Origin: Methanobacteriota archaeon
GTDB taxonomy: Archaea; Thermoplasmatota; Poseidoniia; Poseidoniales; Thalassarchaeaceae
Direction of reading: 5' to 3'
Length of the DNA: 51,049 bases
Assembly: GCA_002731195.1 (NCBI GenBank)
Contig: PCAI01000015.1
Span: 7,114-58,162, forward strand
Positions 8,453 to 18,824 of the stretch are shown here, piece by piece. Position 1 is the first letter of the stretch; each line of letters begins with the position of its first letter. A model generated the notes under the pieces. It saw only the letters and a program-made list of their open reading frames with translations. It searched no databases and was not told the DNA's origin. A program made the position numbers and the translations under genes.

Positions 8453-10222
8453 TTATTCGATATAGAAGTATTCTCCCTCTATTTTTTGTTCCCTATCTTT
8501 CCTGCTGCCAGGTTTATTTATTCTAGGCCTATGGGAATCATGGTCTCTTCTGAATGTTACATCTACATCGGAAAGAAATTTATTCATTCCCTTTCTCAAA
8601 TCTAAAGGACCAACGGCATTCCCCTTTTTTCCTCCTTCTCCATCAAAAACCAATAAAGAATCACTTACAATATCGATGAAATAAATATCATGATCAATAA
8701 CTAGTGCTGCTTTTTCATTACTTTCCATGGTCCTTCTTATTGCCTTAGCTGTTTCCATTCTTGCATTAGCATCTAGGTGTGCACTAGGCTCATCTAATAG
8801 ATATAAGTCAGCTTCTTTACCTAAACATATGGCTATGCTTACTGCTTGTAATTCTCCCCCTGAAAGCTTCCTTGCCTGTAATTCTAACAATTGATCAACC
8901 TGTAAAGGCCTAATTACTTGGGTATGGAATTCTCCACTTCGCCATTTCATTCCCAGTTCTACATCAAGCCAATTCTGAACACTTCCATCAAAATCAGTAT
9001 TTACGTGTTGTTGTTTATAGGATATTTTTGCATCCATTGTACACCAACCTGAATCTGGCTCAAATTCTCCAGCAATCATTTTCACCATAGTAGTTTTTCC
9101 AGTAGCATTTGGGCCAACTACTCCTACTACTTCTGCACTTCTAACTTGCCCTTCTCCTGTTTTTAGGTGGAAATTACCAACCTTTTTTTCCATGTCGCCC
9201 CATGATAAGATTGGTGAACCAACTTCTTCTCCACGCACTCTTCCTCTAAGGAATTGTATTGGTTTATCACGTATTCTGACGTTTTCTTCAGGCAAATAAC
9301 CATCAAGATATGCATTAATTGCTGTTCTTGTGTTTCTAGGTTGAGTGAAAATACCATACGCTGCCCGTTCCCCATAAACAATTTGTAATAAATCACACAT
9401 AACATCAAGTATTGCCAAATCATGTTCAACAACTAATATTCTTTTCCCTCTTTCAACTAATCCTTGAATAATCCTTACAATCCTCATTCTTTCATAAATA
9501 TCAAGATAAGATGAAGGCTCATCAAAGAAATAAACATCAGCTTCTTTGAGAAGTGTTGCAGCCATAGCAACACGTTGCAGTTCTCCTCCTGATAATTTAT
9601 CCAGGGTTCGTTCTAATATCTCTTCAATAGCAAGGATTTTTGCATAATGTTCGACCTCTCCTCTATCATCTACCCGTTCAAGTAGTTCTCTTACTTTTCC
9701 TTCAAAAATCCTAGGAAGCTTGTCGATATATTGTGGTTTAACGGCAATTCTCACACCTTCTTCTGCCACTGTAGTTAGATAATCTCGCAACTCCCCTCGG
9801 GGGAATGAATCAATTATCTCTCCCCACTCTTTTGTTTCAGTAGCCCATTCTCCAAGATTAGGCCTTAGTGAACCAGAGAGAATGTTTATCGCAGTGGATT
9901 TTCCCATGCCATTGGGACCTAAGATGCCAATAACTTGTTCTTCTCTTGGTGCCGGCAATCGAAAAAGTCCAAATCCATTTTCATCGTAACGATGGGTTAA
10001 ATCAGAATCAAGTTCTTTTGGTAGATTTATTATTTTTACAGCATCCCCTGGGCATAATTTAGCACGAGTAAAGCAAACCGGACAGGCACTTTCTAGGATT
10101 CTAAATCTATTATCTTCAAATTGAATACATTCTGCGCCACACGATCCAGCATATTTTAGTAAATAATTGAATGCTGGACTATTGGGCTTACAACGTTCCT
10201 CCAATAGTACGGCCACTCTCAT
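8453..10222 (-). CDS. rli1: Ribosome recycling ATPase ABCE1/Rli1 (atypical Fe-S domain)
   Basis: Two NBDs (GPNGMGKST, GPNATGKTT, LSGGELQ twice), HRY..NGF.L.RLP.P, C-terminal FRRD....RPRINK.GS..DREQK. Confidence 0.95.
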   Translation of the reverse strand: MRVAVLLEERCKPNSPAFNYLLKYAGSCGAECIQFEDNRFRILESACPVCFTRAKLCPGDAVKIINLPKELDSDLTHRYDENGFGLFRLPAPREEQVIGILGPNGMGKSTAINILSGSLRPNLGEWATETKEWGEIIDSFPRGELRDYLTTVAEEGVRIAVKPQYIDKLPRIFEGKVRELLERVDDRGEVEHYAKILAIEEILERTLDKLSGGELQRVAMAATLLKEADVYFFDEPSSYLDIYERMRIVRIIQGLVERGKRILVVEHDLAILDVMCDLLQIVYGERAAYGIFTQPRNTRTAINAYLDGYLPEENVRIRDKPIQFLRGRVRGEEVGSPILSWGDMEKKVGNFHLKTGEGQVRSAEVVGVVGPNATGKTTMVKMIAGEFEPDSGWCTMDAKISYKQQHVNTDFDGSVQNWLDVELGMKWRSGEFHTQVIRPLQVDQLLELQARKLSGGELQAVSIAICLGKEADLYLLDEPSAHLDANARMETAKAIRRTMESNEKAALVIDHDIYFIDIVSDSLLVFDGEGGKKGNAVGPLDLRKGMNKFLSDVDVTFRRDHDSHRPRINKPGSRKDREQKIEGEYFYIE

Positions 10223-10285
10223 GCCATCTTCCTCCGTATAATACGTCAAGCCCCTTGTATTTAGGATAGACTCTAATTTATTATA

Positions 10286-11542
10286 TCACACTGCTAAGAA
10301 TCTGTACCTTATGTATACATATCCTGCAAGCAAAATCTTTTCAGTTTTAGACAATTGAATCCTTTTAGAAAACACATCTCCATTATTTTTCTTAATCTTC
10401 TTAAGTATTGAACTATAAAATGCAGCCATAGCCGCAGGAGAATATCTTGATGATTTATCTAATAAAGGTAATAACTTGAATGCCTTATCTCTATATTCGT
10501 TAGCTCTTCGTATGTAATTTTCTACAAATGGCTTCCAACCTGGATGGTTGTTAATTTCATCATTATTTAGTATATCTTCTTCAGTGATTCCATATCTTGC
10601 TAAATCTTCTAAAGGCAAATATATTCTATTTCTTTCCGCATCTTCCTTAACATCTCTTAAGATATTGACAAGTTGCATAAAAATGCCCCAAGACTCAGCA
10701 TATTCCTTTGCTTTAATATTATCATAACCATAAATCTCAATACAAACTAGTCCAACAGTAGATGCGACTCTATAGCAATATGCATAGAGGTCTTCGAATG
10801 TTTCATATCTGTTACTATGAAAATCATCTTCCATTCCACTAACCATGTCATCAAGCAACTGTTTAGGGATTGCAAAATTATTGACAGTATCCTTTATTGC
10901 CATAAAAATTGGATCTGTAGAAGTAACATCTTCGTATGCTGTTGATAGCTTCTTCCTATAATAGAATAATTGAGACATCTTTTCATTATATGAGACTCTA
11001 TCTAGGACAGTATTTCTCCTACTTAAGTTGAATATATTATCTCTATATTCTATTGACTCAGGATCATCAGATGAGCCACCGGGAAAAATATCTATGAAAT
11101 CGCCATCTGCTATGTCATCTGCTCTTCTACAAAATGCATAATATGCACAAATAGCCTTTCTCTCATAATCAGGAAGATATTTGAAGGAATGATAAAAATT
11201 TCCAGCTTCTCTACGCGTCAATTCTTCACAATATTCATATGCGGTAGATATCATGTGAGTAGGAACTTGAGACTCTTCCCATATGGGGGCATCAATATAT
11301 CTGAAAGGGTTCGTCAACTCCCCTCTTGAGCCAATCACTCCCATAAAAACGGCCCCTTCTCGAAGAGTTTCAAGAGCCGTTATACTAATCGCCCGCGTAG
11401 CATCTTTAGTCATTTTTACTGCAGAACGTACAATCTCAATTCTTTTTGTCGTATTTTCACTTTCTGAATCTATCAAAGAAACACTATGATTATTTAGAGA
11501 ATTTTGTTCCATAACGAAATCCGAAACCTGCTCTTCGGCCAT
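10286..11542 (-). CDS. Phytoene/squalene synthase family protein (CrtB/HpnD-like) with N-terminal extension
   Basis: YAFCRRADDIAD, YCYRVASTVG and QLVNILRDVKED..RNRIYLP motifs. Confidence 0.85.
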   Translation of the reverse strand: MAEEQVSDFVMEQNSLNNHSVSLIDSESENTTKRIEIVRSAVKMTKDATRAISITALETLREGAVFMGVIGSRGELTNPFRYIDAPIWEESQVPTHMISTAYEYCEELTRREAGNFYHSFKYLPDYERKAICAYYAFCRRADDIADGDFIDIFPGGSSDDPESIEYRDNIFNLSRRNTVLDRVSYNEKMSQLFYYRKKLSTAYEDVTSTDPIFMAIKDTVNNFAIPKQLLDDMVSGMEDDFHSNRYETFEDLYAYCYRVASTVGLVCIEIYGYDNIKAKEYAESWGIFMQLVNILRDVKEDAERNRIYLPLEDLARYGITEEDILNNDEINNHPGWKPFVENYIRRANEYRDKAFKLLPLLDKSSRYSPAAMAAFYSSILKKIKKNNGDVFSKRIQLSKTEKILLAGYVYIRYRFLAV

Positions 11543-11621
11543 AGTTTTCATAACAAGCGAGGACAATGCTTTCTTGAAGTTCACTATGGAGTGTGCTAAA
11601 AAATATCATTACTCCTGAAAA

Positions 11622-12638
11622 CTATATCATATTTTTCTTAATCAATCTTGAAGTTTTATTTTTTGTCATTGATGCAAATAATGATTTTCTAAATATCGAC
11701 TTAATTTCTCTTCTGGACACCTTTATTCTACTCTTATCATTCAAAACATTATTTACACTCAGCATCTGCAAAGTCCTTTGCCCTATTATTATGGGTAGAA
11801 TACAAGATAATCGAAGTCTATATTGGCCTCCTGGTAACAAATTAACCCATTCAATTGCACTATTTAGGTGATCATATGCCTTGGAGATGTATGCATCAAA
11901 AATAGGCCTAAATTTTTCCATATTGCCAGAATCTAACAGATCTTCCGGTTTTAAATCATATTCTGATAATTTATCTATCGGTATGTAACAACGCCCCATG
12001 GATATATCTTCTGGAATATCTCTTAGAATATTTATCAATTGTAATGATTTCCCAAATCTAATTCCTTTTTCAAATAAATCATCTCTCAAATCTTCACTAA
12101 CATCAAATTGGTGTTCTAATGCCATGTGAGTCCAAAGTTCACCGACAGAACCAGCAACTGAGTATGTATATTCATCCAATTCTCTTTCATTTTTCAATCC
12201 AATAATTTCTCCTTCGGTGGATGATCTAAATCTTTCTAAATCAAGAGTTTGCCCTTTAATTATGATATCTAGGCATTCTCTAATTCTTTTCTTATCGTTT
12301 TCACTAAATAAATCTGATTCTTCTAAATACTCTATTGGCATATTTGCGTTTTCCAGCAATTTTCGTTCTGCCAGATTTTCTTGAAGTATAGCCAACTCAG
12401 TTAAATCAGGCAATAATTCAGTTTTTCCTTGTACTCTGTCGTTGTATTTACTAATTAAGCCGATAAGTATTTCTTGTTTTCCAACCTTTGAGTCAGCTAT
12501 GGTATCAGAAAGTCTGGCTAGCAAATAGGTTAGCCCTATCTGTTTACGAATTTTCTTTGGAAGAAAATTCAGTGTTAAGTAAAAAGATCTTGACGTACCT
12601 TTTAGTAAGTTGTCGATATTTTTTTCGATTTTACTCAT
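11622..12638 (-). CDS. Squalene/phytoene synthase family protein (farnesyl-diphosphate farnesyltransferase-like)
   Basis: TSRSF, YLLARLSDTIAD, YTYSVAGSVG and GKSLQLINILRDIPED..GRCYIP motifs. Confidence 0.85.
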   Translation of the reverse strand: MSKIEKNIDNLLKGTSRSFYLTLNFLPKKIRKQIGLTYLLARLSDTIADSKVGKQEILIGLISKYNDRVQGKTELLPDLTELAILQENLAERKLLENANMPIEYLEESDLFSENDKKRIRECLDIIIKGQTLDLERFRSSTEGEIIGLKNERELDEYTYSVAGSVGELWTHMALEHQFDVSEDLRDDLFEKGIRFGKSLQLINILRDIPEDISMGRCYIPIDKLSEYDLKPEDLLDSGNMEKFRPIFDAYISKAYDHLNSAIEWVNLLPGGQYRLRLSCILPIIIGQRTLQMLSVNNVLNDKSRIKVSRREIKSIFRKSLFASMTKNKTSRLIKKNMI

Positions 12639-12701
12639 ATCTCGACACCCCCTCTCTTTTGGCCATCACTGAGAACTATTTTATCAATTTATTAATTATA
12701 T

Positions 12702-13622
12702 TTATCTTATTCCTGCTTCCTTCAACGCTTTTATTAGTACGTTACCTATTTCCGATGGATCTCTTGCAACGTAAATACCTGCTTTTTCAAATGCGGCAAA
12801 TTTTTCCTCTGCGGTACCCTTACCTCCTGAAATTATCGCTCCAGCATGCCCCATTCTTTTGCCGGCAGGAGCAGTTGAACCAGCAACAAAGCCAACTATT
12901 GGTTTACTCATATTTTCTGACGCCCATTCAGCAGCTTCTTCTTCAGCAGTTCCACCAATTTCTCCTATCAATACTACTGCTTCTGTCTGCTCATCGTCCT
13001 CAAATGCACTTAAACAATCAATAAATCCTGTTCCATTTACTGGATCGCCTCCAATTCCAACACAAGTAGATTGACCTTCGCCAACACTCATTGTTTGTGC
13101 AACAGCCTCATATGTTAATGTACCACTTTTTGAAACAATACCAATTCTACCTTTTGCATGTATGAAACCAGGCATTATGCCAACTTTACATCCTCCATTT
13201 TCCCTTGGAGTGATTATTCCGGGGCAGTTTGGCCCTATTAATCGTACATCAGGGCATTTTTCTACATTTGCAACTGCATTTACCATATCTAGAATAGGAA
13301 TTCCTTCTGTGATGCATACTATCAGGCCCCCTCCTCCTTCTTGAAATGCATTGGCAGCTTCAATTATTGCAGAAGATGCAAAACGCGCAGGGACATAAAT
13401 GACGCTTACATTAGCTCCAGTTTTCTTTATCGCCTCTTGCATAGAATCATAAACGGGAATTTCCTTTCCTGAGAAATCTAATTTTTGACCTCCCTTGCCC
13501 GGAGTCACTCCTCCTACTACATTAGTTTCATAATCTATCATTCTGGTTCCATGGAATCTCCCTTGATTCCCTGTTATTCCCTGAATCAATACTTTACTAT
13601 TCTCATCAACCCAAATAGACAT
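12702..13622 (-). CDS. sucD: Succinyl-CoA ligase alpha subunit
   Basis: [30 protein letters not shown] and RMGHAGA phospho-His motif. Confidence 0.97.
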   Translation of the reverse strand: MSIWVDENSKVLIQGITGNQGRFHGTRMIDYETNVVGGVTPGKGGQKLDFSGKEIPVYDSMQEAIKKTGANVSVIYVPARFASSAIIEAANAFQEGGGGLIVCITEGIPILDMVNAVANVEKCPDVRLIGPNCPGIITPRENGGCKVGIMPGFIHAKGRIGIVSKSGTLTYEAVAQTMSVGEGQSTCVGIGGDPVNGTGFIDCLSAFEDDEQTEAVVLIGEIGGTAEEEAAEWASENMSKPIVGFVAGSTAPAGKRMGHAGAIISGGKGTAEEKFAAFEKAGIYVARDPSEIGNVLIKALKEAGIR

Positions 13623-14830
13623 TAACTACTCCTCCTTGTTAAATTGACTATTTTTTCCGCTCCTTCGGCAAGAGTATTTGCAGTATGGACATCTAGATCA
13701 CTATTATTCAATATCTCCATTCCTTCAATATGATTTGTACCTGAAAATCTCACTACAAGTGGGACACTTAGGGCTACTTCTTTCGACGCTTCAATTACAC
13801 TATTTGCTACCATATCACACTGAATAATTCCTCCAAAAATATTTACTAATATTCCTTCAACATTTTCATCTTCGAGTATTATCTCAAATGCCGCAGTAAT
13901 TGATTCACGAGTCGCCCCTCCTCCTATATCCAAGAAATTAGCCGGTTCGCTACCATAAAGTTTTATCACATCCATTGAGGCCATGGCAAGACCTGCTCCA
14001 TTCACCAAACATCCAATATTACCATCTAATTTGACATAAGATAAACCATATTCATTAGCTCTTATTTCAACTTCTTCTTCTTCCGTTAGATCTACCAAAT
14101 CTCCTCTCCAGGGGTGCCTAAAATCTGCACTATCATCAAAACTAACCTTTCCATCTAATGCAATTATTTCTCCTTCTTCACTCCTTACAAGTGGATTAAT
14201 TTCTATCATCGAACAGTCTTTGTCTAGGAACATAGCGTATAATGAATTTACCATCTCAAACATTTCATTTTTAGATTGCCCTTCTAGGCCTAATAGGTCA
14301 GCAAACATCTGAACATCTTCATTTGCCAAACCTTCTAACGGGTCTGCCCATATCTTGTGGATTGCTTCTGGAGTATTCTCTGCTACTTCTTCTATATCTA
14401 CTCCTCCTTCAGTTGAACCCATTATTAATACCGATTTAGTTTCACGATCAATTAGTAGGGCTAAATAATATTCATGCGATATTTTACATCCTGATTCTAT
14501 GTACAAGTTATTTACTATTTTTCCATCTTTGCCAGTTTGCTTGGTGACCAACTTATTCCCAATTATTGATGTAGCATATTCTTTCACTTCTTCTCTTGAG
14601 AATGCAATCTTAACTCCTCCTTCCATAATTAAATCATCAGTTATTGGATCATAAAGGATGCCTTTTCCTCTTCCTCCAGCATGTATCTGGCTTTTTACTG
14701 CTACAATATCAGATTCTAATTCGTCATATGCCTGTAATGCTTCTTCTACACTTATGCAATGGATTCCTTTGACTACTTTAACTCCTGAGTCACTAAAAAT
14801 AGCCTTTGCCTGATACTCGTGAATATTCAT
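13622..14830 (-). CDS. sucC: Succinyl-CoA ligase beta subunit
   Basis: [43 protein letters not shown] and NIFGGI motifs. Confidence 0.97.
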   Translation of the reverse strand: MNIHEYQAKAIFSDSGVKVVKGIHCISVEEALQAYDELESDIVAVKSQIHAGGRGKGILYDPITDDLIMEGGVKIAFSREEVKEYATSIIGNKLVTKQTGKDGKIVNNLYIESGCKISHEYYLALLIDRETKSVLIMGSTEGGVDIEEVAENTPEAIHKIWADPLEGLANEDVQMFADLLGLEGQSKNEMFEMVNSLYAMFLDKDCSMIEINPLVRSEEGEIIALDGKVSFDDSADFRHPWRGDLVDLTEEEEVEIRANEYGLSYVKLDGNIGCLVNGAGLAMASMDVIKLYGSEPANFLDIGGGATRESITAAFEIILEDENVEGILVNIFGGIIQCDMVANSVIEASKEVALSVPLVVRFSGTNHIEGMEILNNSDLDVHTANTLAEGAEKIVNLTRRSS

Positions 14831-14919
14831 GTTCTTCCCACACCCCCATCATCTTTGAAAGATACTGTAGATAGTATTGCCAGAGACTTAACAAACGAAG
14901 AACTCAAAGAGTAAATCGT

Positions 14920-15891
14920 ATGCCACAAAACATGGAAGTCATTGTTTTAGTTGGAGGATTCGGGACTCGTTTACGTCCTTGGACTGAAGATAGGGCAAAA
15001 CCTCTCCTCCCCATTCTTGATAAAACTCTATTGGAACGTGTAATTGAAGTCGTTCCAGAAGATCTAATTTCAAGAGTTATTGTTGCTGCAGGGCATGGTG
15101 TGGAACAAATTGAGAACTTTTTCTCAAAAAAGAATACTAATTACGAAGTAGTAATTTCGGTAGAAAATGAGGCATTAGGAACAGGAGGTGCTGTTGGCCT
15201 AGCTGCTAAGAAATTAAATGGCACAGGGCCAGTGTTAATTTTGAATGGGGACTTAATTTCAAGTGTCAACGTCTCTGAATTATTAAATCATCATGAGAAA
15301 AAAGGCGCTAGAGCAACATTATCTCTTTGGGAAGTAGAAGATCCAAGCCGTTTTGGTGTCTGCGATTTGGATGAATCTGGGATGATAAGGAGATTCCAAG
15401 AAAAGCCAGATACAGGAACTGAGTTTTCAAATTTCATCAATGCAGGTTGTGTAATAGTAAGTAGAGATTTAATTAATAATTTCTCTAGTAATAAACATAG
15501 TATGGAAAGAGTCGTTTTCCCTTCTGTTGCTGAGTCAGGAGATATGGCAGGACTCGTTTTTTCAGGCTATTTTGTCGACGCAGGAACTCCTACATCTTAT
15601 ATCGAAGCTGCCCAAACATGTATTAAGAACAATAGATTTACTTCAGGAAAAAAGATAGATGATTCATGGTACGGGAAAGGAGTCCAAAATACCTCTTCAT
15701 CTGTCCGATGCTCAATAGGAGATAATGTTTCAATTGATGAGACATCTATTTTATCAGATTGTGTGGTTTTAAAAAATGCCATCATAGGTAAAGATGTTAA
15801 ATTAGAAAGATGCTTAATAGGAGAAGCTTCAATTATATCTGATAAAACAATTTTATCGGATGCTGTAATAAATCATTATTCCACTTTATGA
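14920..15891 (+). CDS. NDP-sugar pyrophosphorylase (mannose-1-phosphate guanylyltransferase-like)
   Basis: L.GG.GTRLRP.T...KP, LGTGG, NGD and F.EKP motifs; C-terminal hexapeptide repeats. Confidence 0.88.
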   Translation: MPQNMEVIVLVGGFGTRLRPWTEDRAKPLLPILDKTLLERVIEVVPEDLISRVIVAAGHGVEQIENFFSKKNTNYEVVISVENEALGTGGAVGLAAKKLNGTGPVLILNGDLISSVNVSELLNHHEKKGARATLSLWEVEDPSRFGVCDLDESGMIRRFQEKPDTGTEFSNFINAGCVIVSRDLINNFSSNKHSMERVVFPSVAESGDMAGLVFSGYFVDAGTPTSYIEAAQTCIKNNRFTSGKKIDDSWYGKGVQNTSSSVRCSIGDNVSIDETSILSDCVVLKNAIIGKDVKLERCLIGEASIISDKTILSDAVINHYSTL

Positions 15892-15938
15892 TGGATTATG
15901 CCCGGTATTGTAAAATTAGTTATCCCAGTCGGAAGCAC

Positions 15939-16601
15939 ATGGGAGAAAAACTCGTAGTTGTGAATTTTAAAACTTATGAGGAAGCACATGGACTTTCTGC
16001 AGAGAACTTGGCAAGAATTATGAATGACCTAGAAACCAGTGCTCGAATTGTTGCTGTAGTATCAGCATTTGATCTTTCACCAGTAGTTAATGTAGCTCCA
16101 AATATAGAAGTCTGGACTCAACATTTAGATCCCATCCAATTTGGATCAAATACGGGTTTTTTACATCCCGATACTGCCATAGAAAGAGGTGCTACAGGTA
16201 CTTTGATAAATCACGCAGAACACAAAGTTAGCATTGAACATATTGCTATGTTATTAGATCAAGTACCAGAAAATTTCACAGTATGTGCATGCGCTGCCGA
16301 TATAGAAGAAGCAAAAGCCCTAACGGCATTGAAGCCAACGTACGTTGCAGTGGAACCTCCGGAATTGATAGGAGGGGATATTTCTGTAACAACTGCTGAT
16401 CCAAATATTGTATCTGGAACAGCGGATGCCGTCAGAGAAATCTCCGCTGATGTTGGGATATTATGTGGTGCAGGAGTAAAAAATGGTTATGATGTTTCTA
16501 TGGCATTAGATCTTGGAACTTCAGGAGTATTGCTTGCCAGTGGAGTAACTAAATCATCTAATCCTCTTGAGTCTTTGAATGATTTAATTTCTAAAATATA
16601 A
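15939..16601 (+). CDS. tpiA: Triosephosphate isomerase, archaeal type
   Basis: NFKTY, NHAEH, VEPPELIG, GAGV and LLASG motifs; about 220 aa, as in archaeal TIM. Confidence 0.95.
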   Translation: MGEKLVVVNFKTYEEAHGLSAENLARIMNDLETSARIVAVVSAFDLSPVVNVAPNIEVWTQHLDPIQFGSNTGFLHPDTAIERGATGTLINHAEHKVSIEHIAMLLDQVPENFTVCACAADIEEAKALTALKPTYVAVEPPELIGGDISVTTADPNIVSGTADAVREISADVGILCGAGVKNGYDVSMALDLGTSGVLLASGVTKSSNPLESLNDLISKI

Positions 16602-16687
16602 TTCTTATTAAAATATTTTTTATCTAAATTTATAGCGTTTTAAACCGCAGCCCTTTTCTTTAACTCATTAATCCGTCGCTGATTATA

Positions 16688-17503
16688 ATGTCTGACGAGG
16701 GTGTATCTGAAATTCAGAAAGTGAAAAAGAAAGAGTATCAAAAAGAACTTTTTAGGTTACAATTAGAATTAATTAAATTACAAGAATGGGTCAAAGCAGA
16801 AGGCCTCAAAGTTGTTGTAATATTTGAGGGCCGTGATGCAGCAGGGAAAGGAGGAGTAATAAAGAGAATAACTCAATATCTTAATCCAAGAGTCGTTAAA
16901 GTTGCAGCATTACCTGCACCTACTGAGAGGCAGAAAACAGAATGGTATTTTCAAAGATACGTCGATCACCTTCCTGCTGCCGGGGAAATTGTTCTTTTTG
17001 ATAGAAGCTGGTACAATCGTGCAGGTGTTGAGCGCGTTATGGGTTTTTGTACGGATAAAGAATATGAAGGATTTTTACGTGCATGCCCTACATTCGAAAG
17101 GATGTTGATTCGTTCAGATACTATTCTGATAAAATACTGGTTTTCAGTATCGGATGAAGAACAATTAAAGAGATTCAAGGCCAGATTAGCTGAACCTCAT
17201 AAGAGGTGGAAGTTAAGTCCGATGGACTTAGAATCACTCACTAGATGGGAAGCCTATTCAGAAGCAAAGGACAACATGTTTGCATACACTGATACCAAAA
17301 AATCTCCTTGGTATGTAGTCAATTCAGATGTTAAAAAACATGCTCATATAAATTGTATAAGTCACTTTTTATCTCAAATACCTTATGAAGATTTGACTCC
17401 AAAGGAAATAAAACTACCTAAAAGAAAAAAATCTAGAGGGTATATCCGTCCTCCTGAAGACGAGCAAACTTTTGTTCCTGATTACCATCTTAAATTACTG
17501 TGA
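16688..17503 (+). CDS. ppk2: Polyphosphate kinase 2
   Basis: FEGRDAAGKGG Walker A, FDRSWYNRAGVERVMGF, KRWKLSPMD. Confidence 0.96.
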   Translation: MSDEGVSEIQKVKKKEYQKELFRLQLELIKLQEWVKAEGLKVVVIFEGRDAAGKGGVIKRITQYLNPRVVKVAALPAPTERQKTEWYFQRYVDHLPAAGEIVLFDRSWYNRAGVERVMGFCTDKEYEGFLRACPTFERMLIRSDTILIKYWFSVSDEEQLKRFKARLAEPHKRWKLSPMDLESLTRWEAYSEAKDNMFAYTDTKKSPWYVVNSDVKKHAHINCISHFLSQIPYEDLTPKEIKLPKRKKSRGYIRPPEDEQTFVPDYHLKLL

Positions 17504-17507
17504 TAAT

Positions 17508-18761
17508 ATGAAAATATTTTCCACCTTGTTCACTGTTGTTGTTTTACTTTCCGGAGGATGTTTGGGTATTTTTGAAGAAGATTTTGATGATGATGATGAT
17601 GGTTTTTTGGACACTATAGATGCCTTTCCAAATGACCCTGATGAATGGCTTGATACTGATGGAGATGGTATTGGCAATAACGCCGATAAAGATGATGACA
17701 ATGATAGTTTTGAGGATTTTTTAGAATCTAGTTGTTTTTCTGACCCTTTGAATATTTCATCAATTCCATTAGATTTGGATAAGGATGGAGTTTGTAATTT
17801 TCTTGATGGAGATATTGATGGTGATGGTTTACCAAACGATTGGGAAATAAGCAGAAATTTAGATCCACTAGACGATAATGATACTTTATTCTGTCATGGA
17901 TATTCTGTATATTGTTTGAGAAGTTATGATAATTTCACCTTCGCCGAATCACATAATGCATATTCGGCTTTGGAAGATGGAGTATTCATGGGCATAAATC
18001 ATCGTACGGGCCTCCAAGCCCAGTGGGATGGAGGAATCAGGGCATTTATGGTCGATACACATCATGTTTCAAGTGAAAATACTGGACCTGAGGACGTCAG
18101 ATTCTGTCACGGCTCTCCTAATGCCTTCCCTCACCCTTGTTCATATTCTGAGATTGATGCCTTTGAATGGCTTTCTCTACTTAATTCATTAATGAATTCT
18201 AGTAAAGATGATTGCATTACTTTTTGTGGAGAAGTTGTTACATTATTAATAGAAAATTATGTTCCTGCGGAACATCTAGAGTATCTTTTTAATAAAACAG
18301 GTATGAATGATAGAATTTATGTCCATAATTTCGGAGATGATTGGCCAGATATTGGCGATTTAATTTTAAATGGACAAGATCTAGTAGTTTTCTGGGAACA
18401 AAGGGGAGATAACAAATATCCTTGGTTACATGATTTCGGAGAATTTGGGTGGACTACTAATTATGGGGAAACAAATTCAGATGAAATGCAATGCAATGTA
18501 TATAGGGGTAATGGTTCTCAACCAGTTTGGCATCTTAATAACTGGTTAACTAGTATTTTTGGTGTTGCAGATCCTATAAGGTCCAATGAAGTAAATGATT
18601 ATTACTTCTTGCTAAACAGAACTATAGAATGTTGGGAAAGAATGGATGACCGGCCAACATTTGTCGCAGTAGATTATTGGGAAAATGGAGAAATAACTAA
18701 TGTTACAATCACTTTAAACAAAATGGAACATTGGTCTTCTGACATCCCCTCTCATCCCTAA
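17508..18761 (+). CDS. Putative lipoprotein with TSP3-like Ca-binding repeats and a PI-PLC-like phosphodiesterase domain
   Basis: Signal peptide ending LSGGC; DAFPNDPDEWLDTDGDGIGNNAD repeats; SHNAY, G.RAFM.DTH, FCHG, TL.IENY and P.FVAVDY motifs. Confidence 0.78.
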   Translation: MKIFSTLFTVVVLLSGGCLGIFEEDFDDDDDGFLDTIDAFPNDPDEWLDTDGDGIGNNADKDDDNDSFEDFLESSCFSDPLNISSIPLDLDKDGVCNFLDGDIDGDGLPNDWEISRNLDPLDDNDTLFCHGYSVYCLRSYDNFTFAESHNAYSALEDGVFMGINHRTGLQAQWDGGIRAFMVDTHHVSSENTGPEDVRFCHGSPNAFPHPCSYSEIDAFEWLSLLNSLMNSSKDDCITFCGEVVTLLIENYVPAEHLEYLFNKTGMNDRIYVHNFGDDWPDIGDLILNGQDLVVFWEQRGDNKYPWLHDFGEFGWTTNYGETNSDEMQCNVYRGNGSQPVWHLNNWLTSIFGVADPIRSNEVNDYYFLLNRTIECWERMDDRPTFVAVDYWENGEITNVTITLNKMEHWSSDIPSHP

Positions 18762-18824
18762 TCACTAATCACGCATTGAAGAAATATCATAAAGCAGATT
18801 ATCTATTGTCTTGTCCGAGAGAAT

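Noticed and set aside
7979..8605. 208-aa ORF antisense to grpE and the ABCE1 end
   Set aside because: Shadow ORF; its Ser runs mirror the acidic codons of grpE
12488..13024. 178-aa ORF antisense to sucD and the synthase gene
   Set aside because: Low-complexity L/Q translation overlapping conserved genes
17586..17600. (GAT)5 microsatellite
   Set aside because: In-frame poly-Asp within a Ca-binding repeat; not evidence of phase variation
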